Assembly: GCA_023134135.1 (NCBI GenBank)
Contig: JAGLVB010000003.1
Coordinates: 98,218-162,217 of the forward strand
Length of the DNA stretch: 64,000 nt
Origin: Candidatus Aenigmatarchaeota archaeon
Lineage (GTDB): Archaea > Aenigmatarchaeota > Aenigmatarchaeia > QMZS01
Direction of reading: 5' to 3'
The notes under the pieces were generated by a model. That model was given only the letters and a program-made list of their open reading frames with translations, had not been told where the DNA came from and made no database searches. Shown here piece by piece: positions 17,803 through 27,257 of the stretch (position 1 is the stretch's first letter; each line of letters opens with the position of its first letter). The position numbers were made by a program, and so were the translations under genes.

Positions 17803-18687
17803 ATGGCGAAGACCTTAGAAAAACATCTTGAAAATGTTGACAGCGAACTCGCATCTTTAATTCTTAAATTAAGCGCTGTTGCAAAAGTAATAAGCGATGA
17901 ACTTCCTTATCGAAGAGGCAAAGCGGATACTGAAAATGTGTTTGGTGAAGTCCAGCTTGTTGCTGATAAATGGGCTGACCAGTATATTACCAATGAACTG
18001 AGAGAATCCGGGATGGTAAAAACCTTGGTATCAGAAGAGCAGCCTGAAATAGTAAAATTAAATGAAACCGGAACCTTTAATATTACTTTAGATCCTCTTG
18101 ATGGTTCTTCAAATATTGAGAGCAATAATTCCGTGGGAATTATAATTGGAATTTATAAAAAAGATTTGCCGGCGCAGGGAAAAGATATGGTTGCGGCAAT
18201 ATATATTTTATACGGGTCTGTAATATCTTTGGTTTATGCAGTCCCAAATAATGTTAGTGAATTTATAAACACAAAAAGAGGATTTGTTTTAAAGGCTGAA
18301 AATATAAAAATTTCAGAACCCGGAATTTTGTATGGTGTTGGCGGACTTAAGAAAGAATGGTTGCCGAAATTTAAAACTTATATAGAATCTCTTGAAAAAG
18401 ATGGACAGAAATTAAGATATGGAGGTTCTTTTGTTGGAGATATAAATCAGATACTTCATTATGGGGGAATCTTTGCTTATCCAGAATTAGTTACAAAACC
18501 AAACGGAAAGTTAAGATTATTGGTTGAAAGCAATACAATGGCTTATGTAATTAAACAGGCTGGAGGAGCTTCTTCAAATGGAAAATGTTCAATTCTTGAG
18601 ATTAAACCTGAGAGTATAACTCAGAGAGTTCCAACTTATATTGGGAACAAAGAACTTATTGAGAAACTTGAAACTGCGCTTAAATAA
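17803..18687 (+). CDS. fbp: Class I fructose-1,6-bisphosphatase
   Basis: LDPLDGSSNIESNNSVG and GKLRLLVESNTMAYVIKQAGGASSNG motifs. Confidence 0.8.
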   Translation: MAKTLEKHLENVDSELASLILKLSAVAKVISDELPYRRGKADTENVFGEVQLVADKWADQYITNELRESGMVKTLVSEEQPEIVKLNETGTFNITLDPLDGSSNIESNNSVGIIIGIYKKDLPAQGKDMVAAIYILYGSVISLVYAVPNNVSEFINTKRGFVLKAENIKISEPGILYGVGGLKKEWLPKFKTYIESLEKDGQKLRYGGSFVGDINQILHYGGIFAYPELVTKPNGKLRLLVESNTMAYVIKQAGGASSNGKCSILEIKPESITQRVPTYIGNKELIEKLETALK

Positions 18688-18746
18688 ATTTAATTTTGAA
18701 AGAAGTTATAAATAAATATTTGTAGTTCATTAGCTTGATAATTTTT

Positions 18747-20423
18747 TTACATTTTCTCAGGAACTTCAATCCCCAATAAATCCAAACAAATCTCTAAAAG
18801 GTCTCTTGTCTTTTCAATAAGTTTCAATCTGAATGTTTCTTCATAACTCCCGATAACTTTGCAGTTTTCGTAGAATTTTGAAAATGCGGTTGCAAGTTCA
18901 AAGGTGTAGTTGCACAAAAGATTTGGTTTCAACTGTCTGGCAGCCCTGTCCAAAACTTCTTCAAACTCAAGGAACTTTCGCATCAGTTTTTTTTCATGTT
19001 CATTCACCTGAGTTATCTTTTCATCTTTTTTAATCTTGCACACTTTTGTCTCTGCATTTCTCAGGATTGAATTGCATCTCACCGCCATATATTGGATATA
19101 AGGTCCTGTGTTCCCTTCAAATTTAATTGCTTTATCTGGATTAAAATCAACGTTTTTATTTCTTTCAACTTTTAGAATATCATATTTTAAAGCCCCTAAT
19201 CCAATTTTTTCAGTTATTTTCAGTATCTGTTCCCCATCCAAATTTGGATTTCTTTTTCTCACTTCCTTGCACGCTTTTTCATTTATCTCTTCAATCAGAT
19301 CATCAATTAAAATAAATTCTCCTGAACGCGAACTCATCTTTGAACCTTTCAGGGTTATCAGACCATAGTTTACATGTTCGCAGTTTTTTGTCCATTTGCA
19401 TCCAAGCAGTTCAAGTATTTTAAATAATTGTCTGAAGTGATTATTCTGGTCTGCGCCAACAACCCAAATTGATTTGTCAAGTTTGTATTTTTCAAATTTA
19501 TGGATTGTCAGTGAAATATCAGAAGTAAGATAAACTCCGGTGCCGTCAGAACGGATTATAATTGTATTTGGGATGGTTGAATCTTCTTTTTCAAGGTTAA
19601 TCACCACAGCTCTTTCATGAGGGAAAGCATATCCTTGTTTCAGAAGTTTCTGCGAGAGTTTTTTCCCTTCATCCTTGAAATCGCTTTCGTAAAAATAAAT
19701 GTCAAATTTAATTTTTGAATTTTTGTAGGTTTCTTCAAATCCTTCTGTTGCCATCTTTACAACTTCTTTCCATTCCTTCCTATATTTTCCTGTATTGTTT
19801 TCGAGTTCGCACAAAATCTTTTGAGCTATTTTGTTAAATTCTTCCTGTTCTTTTTTATCTCCTTCAGCATGAAGCTTTGCGTATATCTCTGCGAGTTCAT
19901 GGTCGATTTTTTTATTTTTCTTAAGCCCGTATTTGTCAACCGCAAGAACTGTTTTCGCAACCTGCTTCCCAAGGTCATTGTAATAGTTTGCTTTTACAAC
20001 ATCATTTCCGCAGTACTTTAAAATTCTTGAAAGAGAATCTCCAATAAAGGTTGATCTTGAGTTTCCAATATGCATTGCTTTGCAGGGATTTGGGTTTGAG
20101 AATTCCACCATTATATTTTCTTTTTTCCCGGATGAAACTTTATAATTCTTAAGTATTTTTGGAATTAATTTTTCATAGTTGAAGTGGAAATTAATATAAC
20201 CGTTTTTATTTTCAATTTTTTTAAATTCAGGAATTAATTTTATTTTCTTTATTGCTTTTAGGCTTAATTCCATGGGATTTATCCCCTTTTTCTTCGCTTC
20301 AATAAAACAGATATTGCAGGAAATATCCCCAAATTTCCCAAGGAACTGGAAGTTTTCTTCTTTAATGTCGGGGAATTCAGTTTTTAATTCCTTTGTCAGT
20401 TTTTTAATTATTTTCTGTATCAT
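18747..20423 (-). CDS. argS: Arginyl-tRNA synthetase
   Basis: Class I HIGH variant (AMHIGNSRS), KMSSRSG (KMSKS-like), and a C-terminal DALR-type anticodon-binding region. Confidence 0.9.
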   Translation of the reverse strand: MIQKIIKKLTKELKTEFPDIKEENFQFLGKFGDISCNICFIEAKKKGINPMELSLKAIKKIKLIPEFKKIENKNGYINFHFNYEKLIPKILKNYKVSSGKKENIMVEFSNPNPCKAMHIGNSRSTFIGDSLSRILKYCGNDVVKANYYNDLGKQVAKTVLAVDKYGLKKNKKIDHELAEIYAKLHAEGDKKEQEEFNKIAQKILCELENNTGKYRKEWKEVVKMATEGFEETYKNSKIKFDIYFYESDFKDEGKKLSQKLLKQGYAFPHERAVVINLEKEDSTIPNTIIIRSDGTGVYLTSDISLTIHKFEKYKLDKSIWVVGADQNNHFRQLFKILELLGCKWTKNCEHVNYGLITLKGSKMSSRSGEFILIDDLIEEINEKACKEVRKRNPNLDGEQILKITEKIGLGALKYDILKVERNKNVDFNPDKAIKFEGNTGPYIQYMAVRCNSILRNAETKVCKIKKDEKITQVNEHEKKLMRKFLEFEEVLDRAARQLKPNLLCNYTFELATAFSKFYENCKVIGSYEETFRLKLIEKTRDLLEICLDLLGIEVPEKM

Positions 20424-20450
20424 AACTTAATTTAGAAATTATGAATACTA

Positions 20451-20798
20451 TTATTCTTTATCTTTTCTCTGAATATAATTTGCAGCATCCAGTGCCCCTA
20501 TTATAACCCAAGGTGCAAAATAAATATTGGTTACAAGAGTTATGCCTGCAATTATACCTCCAATATGAGCCATACGTTCAGATATATTTAAATCATTTGG
20601 GTAAAATATGGCTTTATTTGTTTTAGAGCAAAGAGATAGAGAGTTACTTTCATGCGGTTTTTCATATATTGATTCAATTAAACCCGGAATAGGGCTAAGT
20701 GAAGTAATAACACCCCTTTCAAAGTTTCTTAAATATCTGTTGTTTGTATTATCTATTCTCTCGACAACCCTATCATAATATTCATCTATATTTACCAT
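20451..20798 (-). CDS. Small protein, tandem paralog B (C-terminal hydrophobic segment)
   Basis: MVNIDEYYDRVVERID... and ...GALDAANYIQRKDKE. Paralogous to the upstream gene. Confidence 0.5.
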   Translation of the reverse strand: MVNIDEYYDRVVERIDNTNNRYLRNFERGVITSLSPIPGLIESIYEKPHESNSLSLCSKTNKAIFYPNDLNISERMAHIGGIIAGITLVTNIYFAPWVIIGALDAANYIQRKDKE

Positions 20799-21166
20799 TA
20801 TTCTTTACCTCTTCTTTGAATATAATTTGCAGTATCAAGTGCCCCCATCGCATACCAGAGACCAAAAATTCCGCAAACTGAGCCAATTGCATGACCCATA
20901 CCCATGGATAAAAACTCATCTGGCTGATTGAGCAACTTATTTTCATATTCTTTAACATTTTCCCATGTTTTGTATCCAAGAGTTATTGGATTATTTTTAT
21001 ATTTATTTGGGGGGAAATTTGTGACTAAATCTTTAACTATTTCTACACCAAATGGAAGAAAGTCAATTCCCTGAACAAAACCTGCTTTAAAACCTTTTTT
21101 GTATTTACCTTTAGTCTGGTCTATATTCTCAATAATCTTATTATAATACTTATCTATATTTACCAT
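20798..21166 (-). CDS. Small protein, tandem paralog A
   Basis: MVNIDKYYNKIIENID... and ...GALDTANYIQRRGKE. Its stop overlaps the next start (TAATG). Confidence 0.5.
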   Translation of the reverse strand: MVNIDKYYNKIIENIDQTKGKYKKGFKAGFVQGIDFLPFGVEIVKDLVTNFPPNKYKNNPITLGYKTWENVKEYENKLLNQPDEFLSMGMGHAIGSVCGIFGLWYAMGALDTANYIQRRGKE

Positions 21167-21260
21167 TAATAAATGGCAATTAAAGTTTTAAATAACTTTC
21201 CTGACAAGAATCTGATTAATTAATCTCTATTTTTATCATATTATCCTAATAACATAATTT

Positions 21261-21512
21261 ATGAACAAAGCGTTATTTTATGATTTTGTGTGGATGGGAA
21301 TTGCCATTGTTGGTGGCATTGTTATATCAATATCATTTGCCCTTTACTTTGATAATTCCCCCTTTCTAAGAGCTTTGTTGAAATTTCTTGGAGTTCTCTC
21401 AGAAGTTCTTGGCAATGTTTTTTCAAATCCTCTTTCCATAGTTCTGATATTTATCTGTTTATTGGTAATTTTCTTTTTGATGAGTTTTGAGAAATCCATA
21501 GAACCTGATTGA
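21261..21512 (+). CDS. Small membrane protein
   Basis: 83 aa with three hydrophobic helices. Confidence 0.4.
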   Translation: MNKALFYDFVWMGIAIVGGIVISISFALYFDNSPFLRALLKFLGVLSEVLGNVFSNPLSIVLIFICLLVIFFLMSFEKSIEPD

Positions 21513-21554
21513 TAAATAAATCTAATAACCATAAGAAATTTTTTAACAAGAATC

Positions 21555-21932
21555 TTATTTTGTTTCTTCGCCAATGCTCAGTTCAAGTTTACCTCTTTCA
21601 TTCAACCTTGAGTGCAGTTCTATTTCATCAAACCGCGTTATAATTATTGTGAAATCTTCAGAAACAAGTTTTTCTATTCTCCGCGTTTTTCCATCTGAGT
21701 AACAGTAAAGTTCTATGTGAGGTTTTCCCTGCAGGTCGGAGATTGTCCCGTGAAGAGTTGCGTCTTCAATATCAATCAACCCTTCTTTGTATTCAATATA
21801 CCTGAGTTTTCCATATCCTTCAAGAACCCCAGATTTAATCCCATAGGTTTCTATTAAATTCATCAGGTCCTCAAGAGTTTCATTTCTTGAGAGTTTAAGA
21901 AATATAATATTGCCTTCTTTTGCTGATATCAT
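21555..21932 (-). CDS. PPC/DUF296-like domain protein (tentative)
   Basis: IFLKLSRNETLEDLMNLIETYGIKSGVLEGYGKL... follows the DUF296 pattern as I recall it. The match is weak. Confidence 0.35.
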   Translation of the reverse strand: MISAKEGNIIFLKLSRNETLEDLMNLIETYGIKSGVLEGYGKLRYIEYKEGLIDIEDATLHGTISDLQGKPHIELYCYSDGKTRRIEKLVSEDFTIIITRFDEIELHSRLNERGKLELSIGEETK

Positions 21933-21998
21933 AATATAATTCGTATTTTCTATATATTCAGAGATATTTAAATATCATAAAATTTTCCTAATTAAATA

Positions 21999-23495
21999 AT
22001 GGGTCTTGATGAAACTTTAGCGAAGAGGGGATTTTTGTTCAGGAGTTCTGAGATTTACGGAGGTGTCTCAGGTTTCTATGATTATGGTCATCTCGGAACT
22101 TTGATGAAAAGAAAATTTGAGAATTTATGGAGAGACTATTTTTTGGGTTTAGGGGAGAATTTTTATGAAATTGAGACAACAGACATAATGCCGGAAAATG
22201 TTTTTGTTGCTTCAGGGCACATAGAAAATTTTATGGATTCCCTCACAGGATGCAAAAAGTGCAAATCTGATTTCAGGGCAGACCATCTTGTTGAGGATAA
22301 AACCGGCGAGACTGCGGAGCATCTTGACAACAAACAGCTTACAGAAAAAATAAAAGAGTTGGGAATAACCTGTCCTAATTGCGGGGGTGAACTTGATGAG
22401 GTTGATTTTCTTAATTTAATGTTTCCTTTGAAAATAGGTTCAAAAGACAAGGGAGCTCTCAGACCGGAAACTGCGCAGGGTTGTTATGTTGCGTTCAAGA
22501 GAATGTTTTCCGCAACAAGGGAGAAACTGCCTTTGGGTCTTGCGATTATAGGAAAGGCTTTTAGGAATGAGATTTCACCAAGACAGGGAACTTTCAGATT
22601 GAGGGAATTTACCCAGTCAGAACTTCAGATTTTTTTTGACTCAGATAAGATAAATGAATGCGAAAATTTTGATGAGGTTAAGGATTATAAATTAAGACTT
22701 AAATTTACAGATAAAAAAGATATAGAAGAGATAAGTTGCGGCGATTTATTGGATAAACTTCCAAAAATGTATTTATATTATCTTGCAAAAGTTCAGCAAT
22801 TTTATCTTGATGTCCTTTGCATTCCACCTGAGAAATTTAGGTTTAAGGAATTGAATGAAAAGGAAAAAGCATTCTACAATAAATATCATTTTGATGTTGA
22901 GGTTTTTTCAGAAAAGTTTAATGGATTCAAAGAGATGGGCGGAGTTCATTACAGGACAGACCACGATTTGTTAGGTCACGAAAAAGTTTCCGGGGAAAAT
23001 CTTCATGTCACAATTGAAGGGAAGAAATTTATCCCTCATGTTTTTGAATTATCTTTCGGGGTTGACAGGAATGTTTATTCATTGCTCGAAATTTCTTACA
23101 AAGATAATGTTTTGAATTTAGATCCAAAAGTTTCTCCTTTCACTTTAGGAATTTTCCCTCTTGTGAAAAAAGACGGTCTTGGGGAAAAAGGGTTTGAATT
23201 GTACAAAAACCTGAAGAAGGACTTTGATTGCTTTTTTGATAATTCGGGTAGTGTTGGGAAGAGATATGCGAGGGCAGATGAAGCAGGAATTCCTTATGGG
23301 ATTACTCTGGATTATGACACAATGAATGATGAGACAGTTACAATAAGAGACCGGGATTCCACAGAACAGGTCAGGGTTAAAATCGAGGATTTGGGTGAAA
23401 TTGTGGGAAAACTTGCAAATAGGGACCTTAAATTCAAGGAAATCGGCGAATTGGTTGAAACAAGGAAGAAAGAGGTGGGTTATAGGACAAGTTAA
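21999..23495 (+). CDS. glyS: Glycyl-tRNA synthetase (archaeal/eukaryotic alpha2 type)
   Basis: RGFLFRSSEIYGGVSGFYDYGHLG N-terminus, class II motifs (FRNEISPR, ...FGVDR) and a C-terminal anticodon-binding domain. Confidence 0.9.
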   Translation: MGLDETLAKRGFLFRSSEIYGGVSGFYDYGHLGTLMKRKFENLWRDYFLGLGENFYEIETTDIMPENVFVASGHIENFMDSLTGCKKCKSDFRADHLVEDKTGETAEHLDNKQLTEKIKELGITCPNCGGELDEVDFLNLMFPLKIGSKDKGALRPETAQGCYVAFKRMFSATREKLPLGLAIIGKAFRNEISPRQGTFRLREFTQSELQIFFDSDKINECENFDEVKDYKLRLKFTDKKDIEEISCGDLLDKLPKMYLYYLAKVQQFYLDVLCIPPEKFRFKELNEKEKAFYNKYHFDVEVFSEKFNGFKEMGGVHYRTDHDLLGHEKVSGENLHVTIEGKKFIPHVFELSFGVDRNVYSLLEISYKDNVLNLDPKVSPFTLGIFPLVKKDGLGEKGFELYKNLKKDFDCFFDNSGSVGKRYARADEAGIPYGITLDYDTMNDETVTIRDRDSTEQVRVKIEDLGEIVGKLANRDLKFKEIGELVETRKKEVGYRTS

Positions 23496-23521
23496 GTATT
23501 TTTATAATTAATAAGATAATT

Positions 23522-23677
23522 ATGGCGAAAGATAAAAGGAGAATGCCCCAATCAACAGCGGGATTAATTAATTATTCTGAGGAGATTGAGGATGGAATTA
23601 ACCTGAAACCAGAGATTATTTTGGGAATAGGTTTTGGAATATGCCTTCTTGTGCTTGTTTTGAGATTTGTGGTTTAG
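23522..23677 (+). CDS. secG: Preprotein translocase subunit Sec61-beta (archaeal SecG)
   Basis: Hand-translated 51 aa: MAKDKRRMPQSTAGLINYSEEIEDGINLKPEIILGIGFGICLLVLVLRFVV*. It has the basic N-terminus, the S-x-AGL-x-Y motif and a single C-terminal TM helix. Below the track cutoff. Confidence 0.7.
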   Translation: MAKDKRRMPQSTAGLINYSEEIEDGINLKPEIILGIGFGICLLVLVLRFVV

Positions 23678-24444
23678 ATATTTAAAAGCCTGTTAATCTT
23701 AATTCTATCTTCTTCAACAGTCCCGATTGCTCTTAATTTATCTTCAATAAATATTGCAACTCTTTCCCCCCGAATAAAATCTTTTTTATCTTCCATCTGA
23801 ATAGGAACCCCATTTTCAACTTTACTTCCTTCTTCTTTGGAAACAGAAATCGTTTTTATTTTCAGCCTTTCAATTATTTTTTCGTTTGGAATAATATATT
23901 TTTCTTTACTTATTTTCAGGTCATCATAACTAACAACTTCTTCTTCCCGGAATCCGGCAACTCCGATTCTTCTTAGATATCCCATATGAGCCCCGCAACC
24001 AAGTTCCACTCCAATATCATGGAATAGTTTTCTGATGTAGGTTCCATGTTCGCAGTCAATAAACATAGTAACATTATTCCCTTCGATTTTTTGTATTTCA
24101 AGCCGATGGATTGTTCTTTTCCGTTCAACTCTTTTCACCCTTGATTTTACAGGAGGCAGTTGCGTGATTTCTCCTTTGAATTTGTTCACGCCTTCTTTTA
24201 GTTTTTCCACTTCCACTTCCTTATGCAAATGCATTATCCCAACATAAATTTTGTCAAGTTTTTCAAAGAGAGGTGCAAGTTTTCTTGTTTCCCCGAGAAG
24301 AATCAATAAAACCCCCGTTACTTTAGGGTCCAAGGTACCTGTATGTCCGGCTTTCTTAAGCCCAAATATTCTCCCAACTCCTTCAACACAGTCAAAGCTG
24401 GTAGGTCCTGAAGGTTTGTCCAAAATTATAAGTCCTGAGGTCAT
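23674..24444 (-). CDS. truB: TruB-family pseudouridine synthase (Cbf5-like, with C-terminal PUA-like region)
   Basis: LDKPSGPTSFD and GHTGTLDPKVTGVLLILLG (catalytic Asp motif). Confidence 0.85.
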   Translation of the reverse strand: MTSGLIILDKPSGPTSFDCVEGVGRIFGLKKAGHTGTLDPKVTGVLLILLGETRKLAPLFEKLDKIYVGIMHLHKEVEVEKLKEGVNKFKGEITQLPPVKSRVKRVERKRTIHRLEIQKIEGNNVTMFIDCEHGTYIRKLFHDIGVELGCGAHMGYLRRIGVAGFREEEVVSYDDLKISKEKYIIPNEKIIERLKIKTISVSKEEGSKVENGVPIQMEDKKDFIRGERVAIFIEDKLRAIGTVEEDRIKINRLLNI

Positions 24445-24836
24445 AAAATATCACCGGTAATATCTTTTTGTTTGTGGAAATCCAAAACCATTTTTGCTAT
24501 ATCATACTCACATTCTCCTCTCCAGTTTAAATACAAGCCGGGAATCATACCAATAGCAAATGCAGGATGATAGCAGGCGCCTGCAAAAGAACAAAGAGCT
24601 ATTGGATAAGATATTCTGATTTCCAGATTACCTCTTTTCTTTATTTTATCCAATTTATCCAAATCAGTTTCTTCTAAGATTTTATCAGCATAATGATCAT
24701 AAATCCCATCAAGTATTTTAGACAAACCGGTTTTTTTACAGATTTCTCCCCGAACAGCATGAAATGTAGCAGTATATTTATCCTATTTATATTCTTCCAT
24801 TAAGTCATTTCTCAATTCTTTTATTTCACTTAACAT
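24441..24836 (-). pseudogene. Hypothetical gene interrupted by a single in-frame TAG (24783-24785)
   Basis: ATG at 24836 gives MLSEIKELRNDLMEEYK, then TAG, then DKYTATFHAVRGEICKKTGLSKILDG... in the same frame. The downstream 94-aa track ORF has no ATG (TTG only). Confidence 0.45.
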
Positions 24837-24838
24837 GT

Positions 24839-25942
24839 TTATTGTGATTTATATAAAATAAAATCTTTGTTAGGTTCTATTGTATAAAGAGAAAAGGCTT
24901 CAGGATTATTTTTACCATAACCCCCTCTGTTTAACCCATTTTTGCCATACCCTAAGTTGTCTAAGTCATTACCATAACTAATTTTTGATAGAACCTCATA
25001 GTTCGTAACTCCTTTCTGCGGGTTATTATAATTTTCAAGAAACCGCTGTATTTTTTCTATTTTTTTGAGACTAAATTTCTTATTGTATTTTGCATTAGAA
25101 TGAGTTGGATCTATTTTCAAAACTTTGTTGAAATATTTTAATGCTTGTTTATGAAATCCGTTTTCACCTAAAGTAGTGCCACAATTATATAAAATATCTG
25201 CGATAATATTTTCTTTAGGTGATGTATCTGGAAGCTTGCCATATTTTTCTAAGTAATATTCGTCAGGCATAACCTTATCAAAGTCTATATTTTCATAACC
25301 TTCATTTGACTTTTTTCTTATAATTTCATGTCCAAATAAAGTTATTTTATTATACAATCTTCCAATATTACAATTCTTAAATAATTCCTGATCTAACATT
25401 TCTGCTAATGATAAAAACAAAGAGGTGGTGCCAACACAGTTAATATTATTTGATTCTAAAACCCCTGTTAGATATGAAGTGGAATTTTTCGTTTCTGTGT
25501 TAAATTTCTTTTTACAATTTTCAGAGATATCTTTTGTGAATACACCTTTGTTACCTTCTTCTCTAACCCGCTGGATTATTTCTTTTTCTATATCATCAGT
25601 TAATTCACATCCATTATTTTTGTATTGTTGACGATATTCTTCCATTTTATTATCTATAAACAACTCCACTTGTTTTTCTCTCTCTTTCTGTACCCATAAA
25701 TCCGTTTTATTGCTTATAAATTTTTTAATAACTTCTTCTGCATCTTTTCTTATGTCCATTTTTTCTTGTAAATTGGTTTTAATTTCCTGTAATTTTTCGT
25801 AATAGTAATGCGGTTCTTCCAATTCTCTATCCCCAATTTCCTGTTCGCTCATCCAGGAGGCATACAACATTCTTTCTGTCAGAGATAACCCGGAAGTCAT
25901 TTGATTTTGAAGATGTCCTTCTTGATTATTTTCTTTAACCAT
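24839..25942 (-). CDS. TPR-repeat-containing hypothetical protein
   Basis: ALKYFNKVLKIDPTHSNAKYNK is TPR-like. The remainder was not recognised. Confidence 0.45.
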   Translation of the reverse strand: MVKENNQEGHLQNQMTSGLSLTERMLYASWMSEQEIGDRELEEPHYYYEKLQEIKTNLQEKMDIRKDAEEVIKKFISNKTDLWVQKEREKQVELFIDNKMEEYRQQYKNNGCELTDDIEKEIIQRVREEGNKGVFTKDISENCKKKFNTETKNSTSYLTGVLESNNINCVGTTSLFLSLAEMLDQELFKNCNIGRLYNKITLFGHEIIRKKSNEGYENIDFDKVMPDEYYLEKYGKLPDTSPKENIIADILYNCGTTLGENGFHKQALKYFNKVLKIDPTHSNAKYNKKFSLKKIEKIQRFLENYNNPQKGVTNYEVLSKISYGNDLDNLGYGKNGLNRGGYGKNNPEAFSLYTIEPNKDFILYKSQ

Positions 25943-26011
25943 TAAATAATAGTAATATAATCATATATAAAGACTTTGGTTGTAGAATATATATTTTAGA
26001 AACTATAAATA

Positions 26012-26443
26012 TTAAGGAGTTTCCTTTTTTATTTCCAATATAAATTGATTCCAGATTTTTGGAATGCTTTTTGCAAGTTGGGTTAAGGAAGATTCCTCAA
26101 GCATAAACCCATATCCATGAATGAAAAAATGCCTAAAAGCAAGATATTCTCTGAGTTTATCTGCTAAATCCTCAGATATAATTTTATGTTTCACTGAAGT
26201 TTCCAGTATTTTTTTATGCCACATATCCGATTTTTGAATCTCTATATTTTTTGATTTTAAAATTTGTTTTAGCATATTTTCAATTCCATTGTAAATATTA
26301 TGCATGAATGTGGCTGTTGCGGATAATTCAATAACAGACTTTTTCTTTTTTTTCATGACTTGTTTCAAATTTTCAAGCACTATATTTACATTTTCTTTTT
26401 CTGCATCAATTTTCTCTAATAAATTACCCATATATCTTTTCAC
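26012..26443 (-). CDS. hepT: HepT-like (DUF86/HEPN) RNase toxin
   Basis: AFRHFFIHGY matches Rx4HxY. It overlaps the upstream nucleotidyltransferase gene. Confidence 0.7.
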   Translation of the reverse strand: MKRYMGNLLEKIDAEKENVNIVLENLKQVMKKKKKSVIELSATATFMHNIYNGIENMLKQILKSKNIEIQKSDMWHKKILETSVKHKIISEDLADKLREYLAFRHFFIHGYGFMLEESSLTQLAKSIPKIWNQFILEIKKETP

Positions 26444-26693
26444 CTTCTTTTTCCACTAATTCGTTAAATTTGGATTTTTTTGAGATATCCACAAGGTCAA
26501 CATTTTTTGGCAGATTTTTTATTAATTCAGCGTAGAATTTAAAGAATAATTTTGGTTTAATTCCTTTTATTCCAATATCAATATCATTATATTTTTTGTT
26601 TTTTTCAATAGAAGAGCCAAATAAGTAAAGAGAAGAAACTCTGTACTTTTTTGCGCATTTCAAAATAATCTTTTTCTCATTGGGTTTTATCAT
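26424..26693 (-). CDS. mntA: MntA-like minimal nucleotidyltransferase antitoxin
   Basis: LYLFGSSIEKNKKYNDIDIGI fits the GS...DxD NTase motif. 89 aa, with a 20-nt overlap with hepT. Confidence 0.7.
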   Translation of the reverse strand: MIKPNEKKIILKCAKKYRVSSLYLFGSSIEKNKKYNDIDIGIKGIKPKLFFKFYAELIKNLPKNVDLVDISKKSKFNELVEKEGEKIYG

Positions 26694-26720
26694 AATTTAT
26701 ATAAAGATTAAGGTAATCTA

Positions 26721-27248
26721 CTAATTTTTAACTCCTAAAATCTTATGAAATTCTTTTTTTAGTTCTTCTTTTAATTTAGGTATTTCATTATATAATTTTT
26801 TATTTGCATCCACCCGCCATTGCTGTTTCTGCTGAGGACTTGCTGCATTATTTAAATCGTTAGTTGGGGTTGCATTCCAGATTTCTCTAAAAGTGGCATT
26901 TATTCTATATAAGGATCCACTTATTTTTTTGTTGAAATATATTTCATTTTTTGCATAGAAATCAATAAATCTATTACAGCTTTTTCTAGTTTCCTCGGCT
27001 TTTTCATCTTTATTTATAATAGAACCTGAAACTAAATCTTTCATTTGTTTTTCAAGCTCCACTAATTTTGCATATAATTCTGCAATAATCTTTGCTCTAT
27101 TTTCATGCAACTTAGAAAAACGGATTCTATCTTGTGTAAACTTTTCTTCAATTAAAGATCGAATAAGATATCCAAGTAATGTAAATATTAATGGAATTGC
27201 AATAGTTAAGATTATTTCTAAGACAGTATTCCAATCCATAAATAACAA
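26721..27248 (-). CDS. N-terminally membrane-anchored hypothetical protein
   Basis: One N-terminal TM helix (VLEIILTIAIPLIFTLLGYLI) followed by a helical region. Confidence 0.4.
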   Translation of the reverse strand: MLFMDWNTVLEIILTIAIPLIFTLLGYLIRSLIEEKFTQDRIRFSKLHENRAKIIAELYAKLVELEKQMKDLVSGSIINKDEKAEETRKSCNRFIDFYAKNEIYFNKKISGSLYRINATFREIWNATPTNDLNNAASPQQKQQWRVDANKKLYNEIPKLKEELKKEFHKILGVKN

Positions 27249-27257
27249 TATTATATT

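Noticed and set aside
17803-18687. Class I FBPase as a possible horizontally acquired bacterial gene.
   Set aside because: Class I enzymes occur in some archaea. Nothing in the local sequence (composition, flanking repeats) suggests recent transfer.
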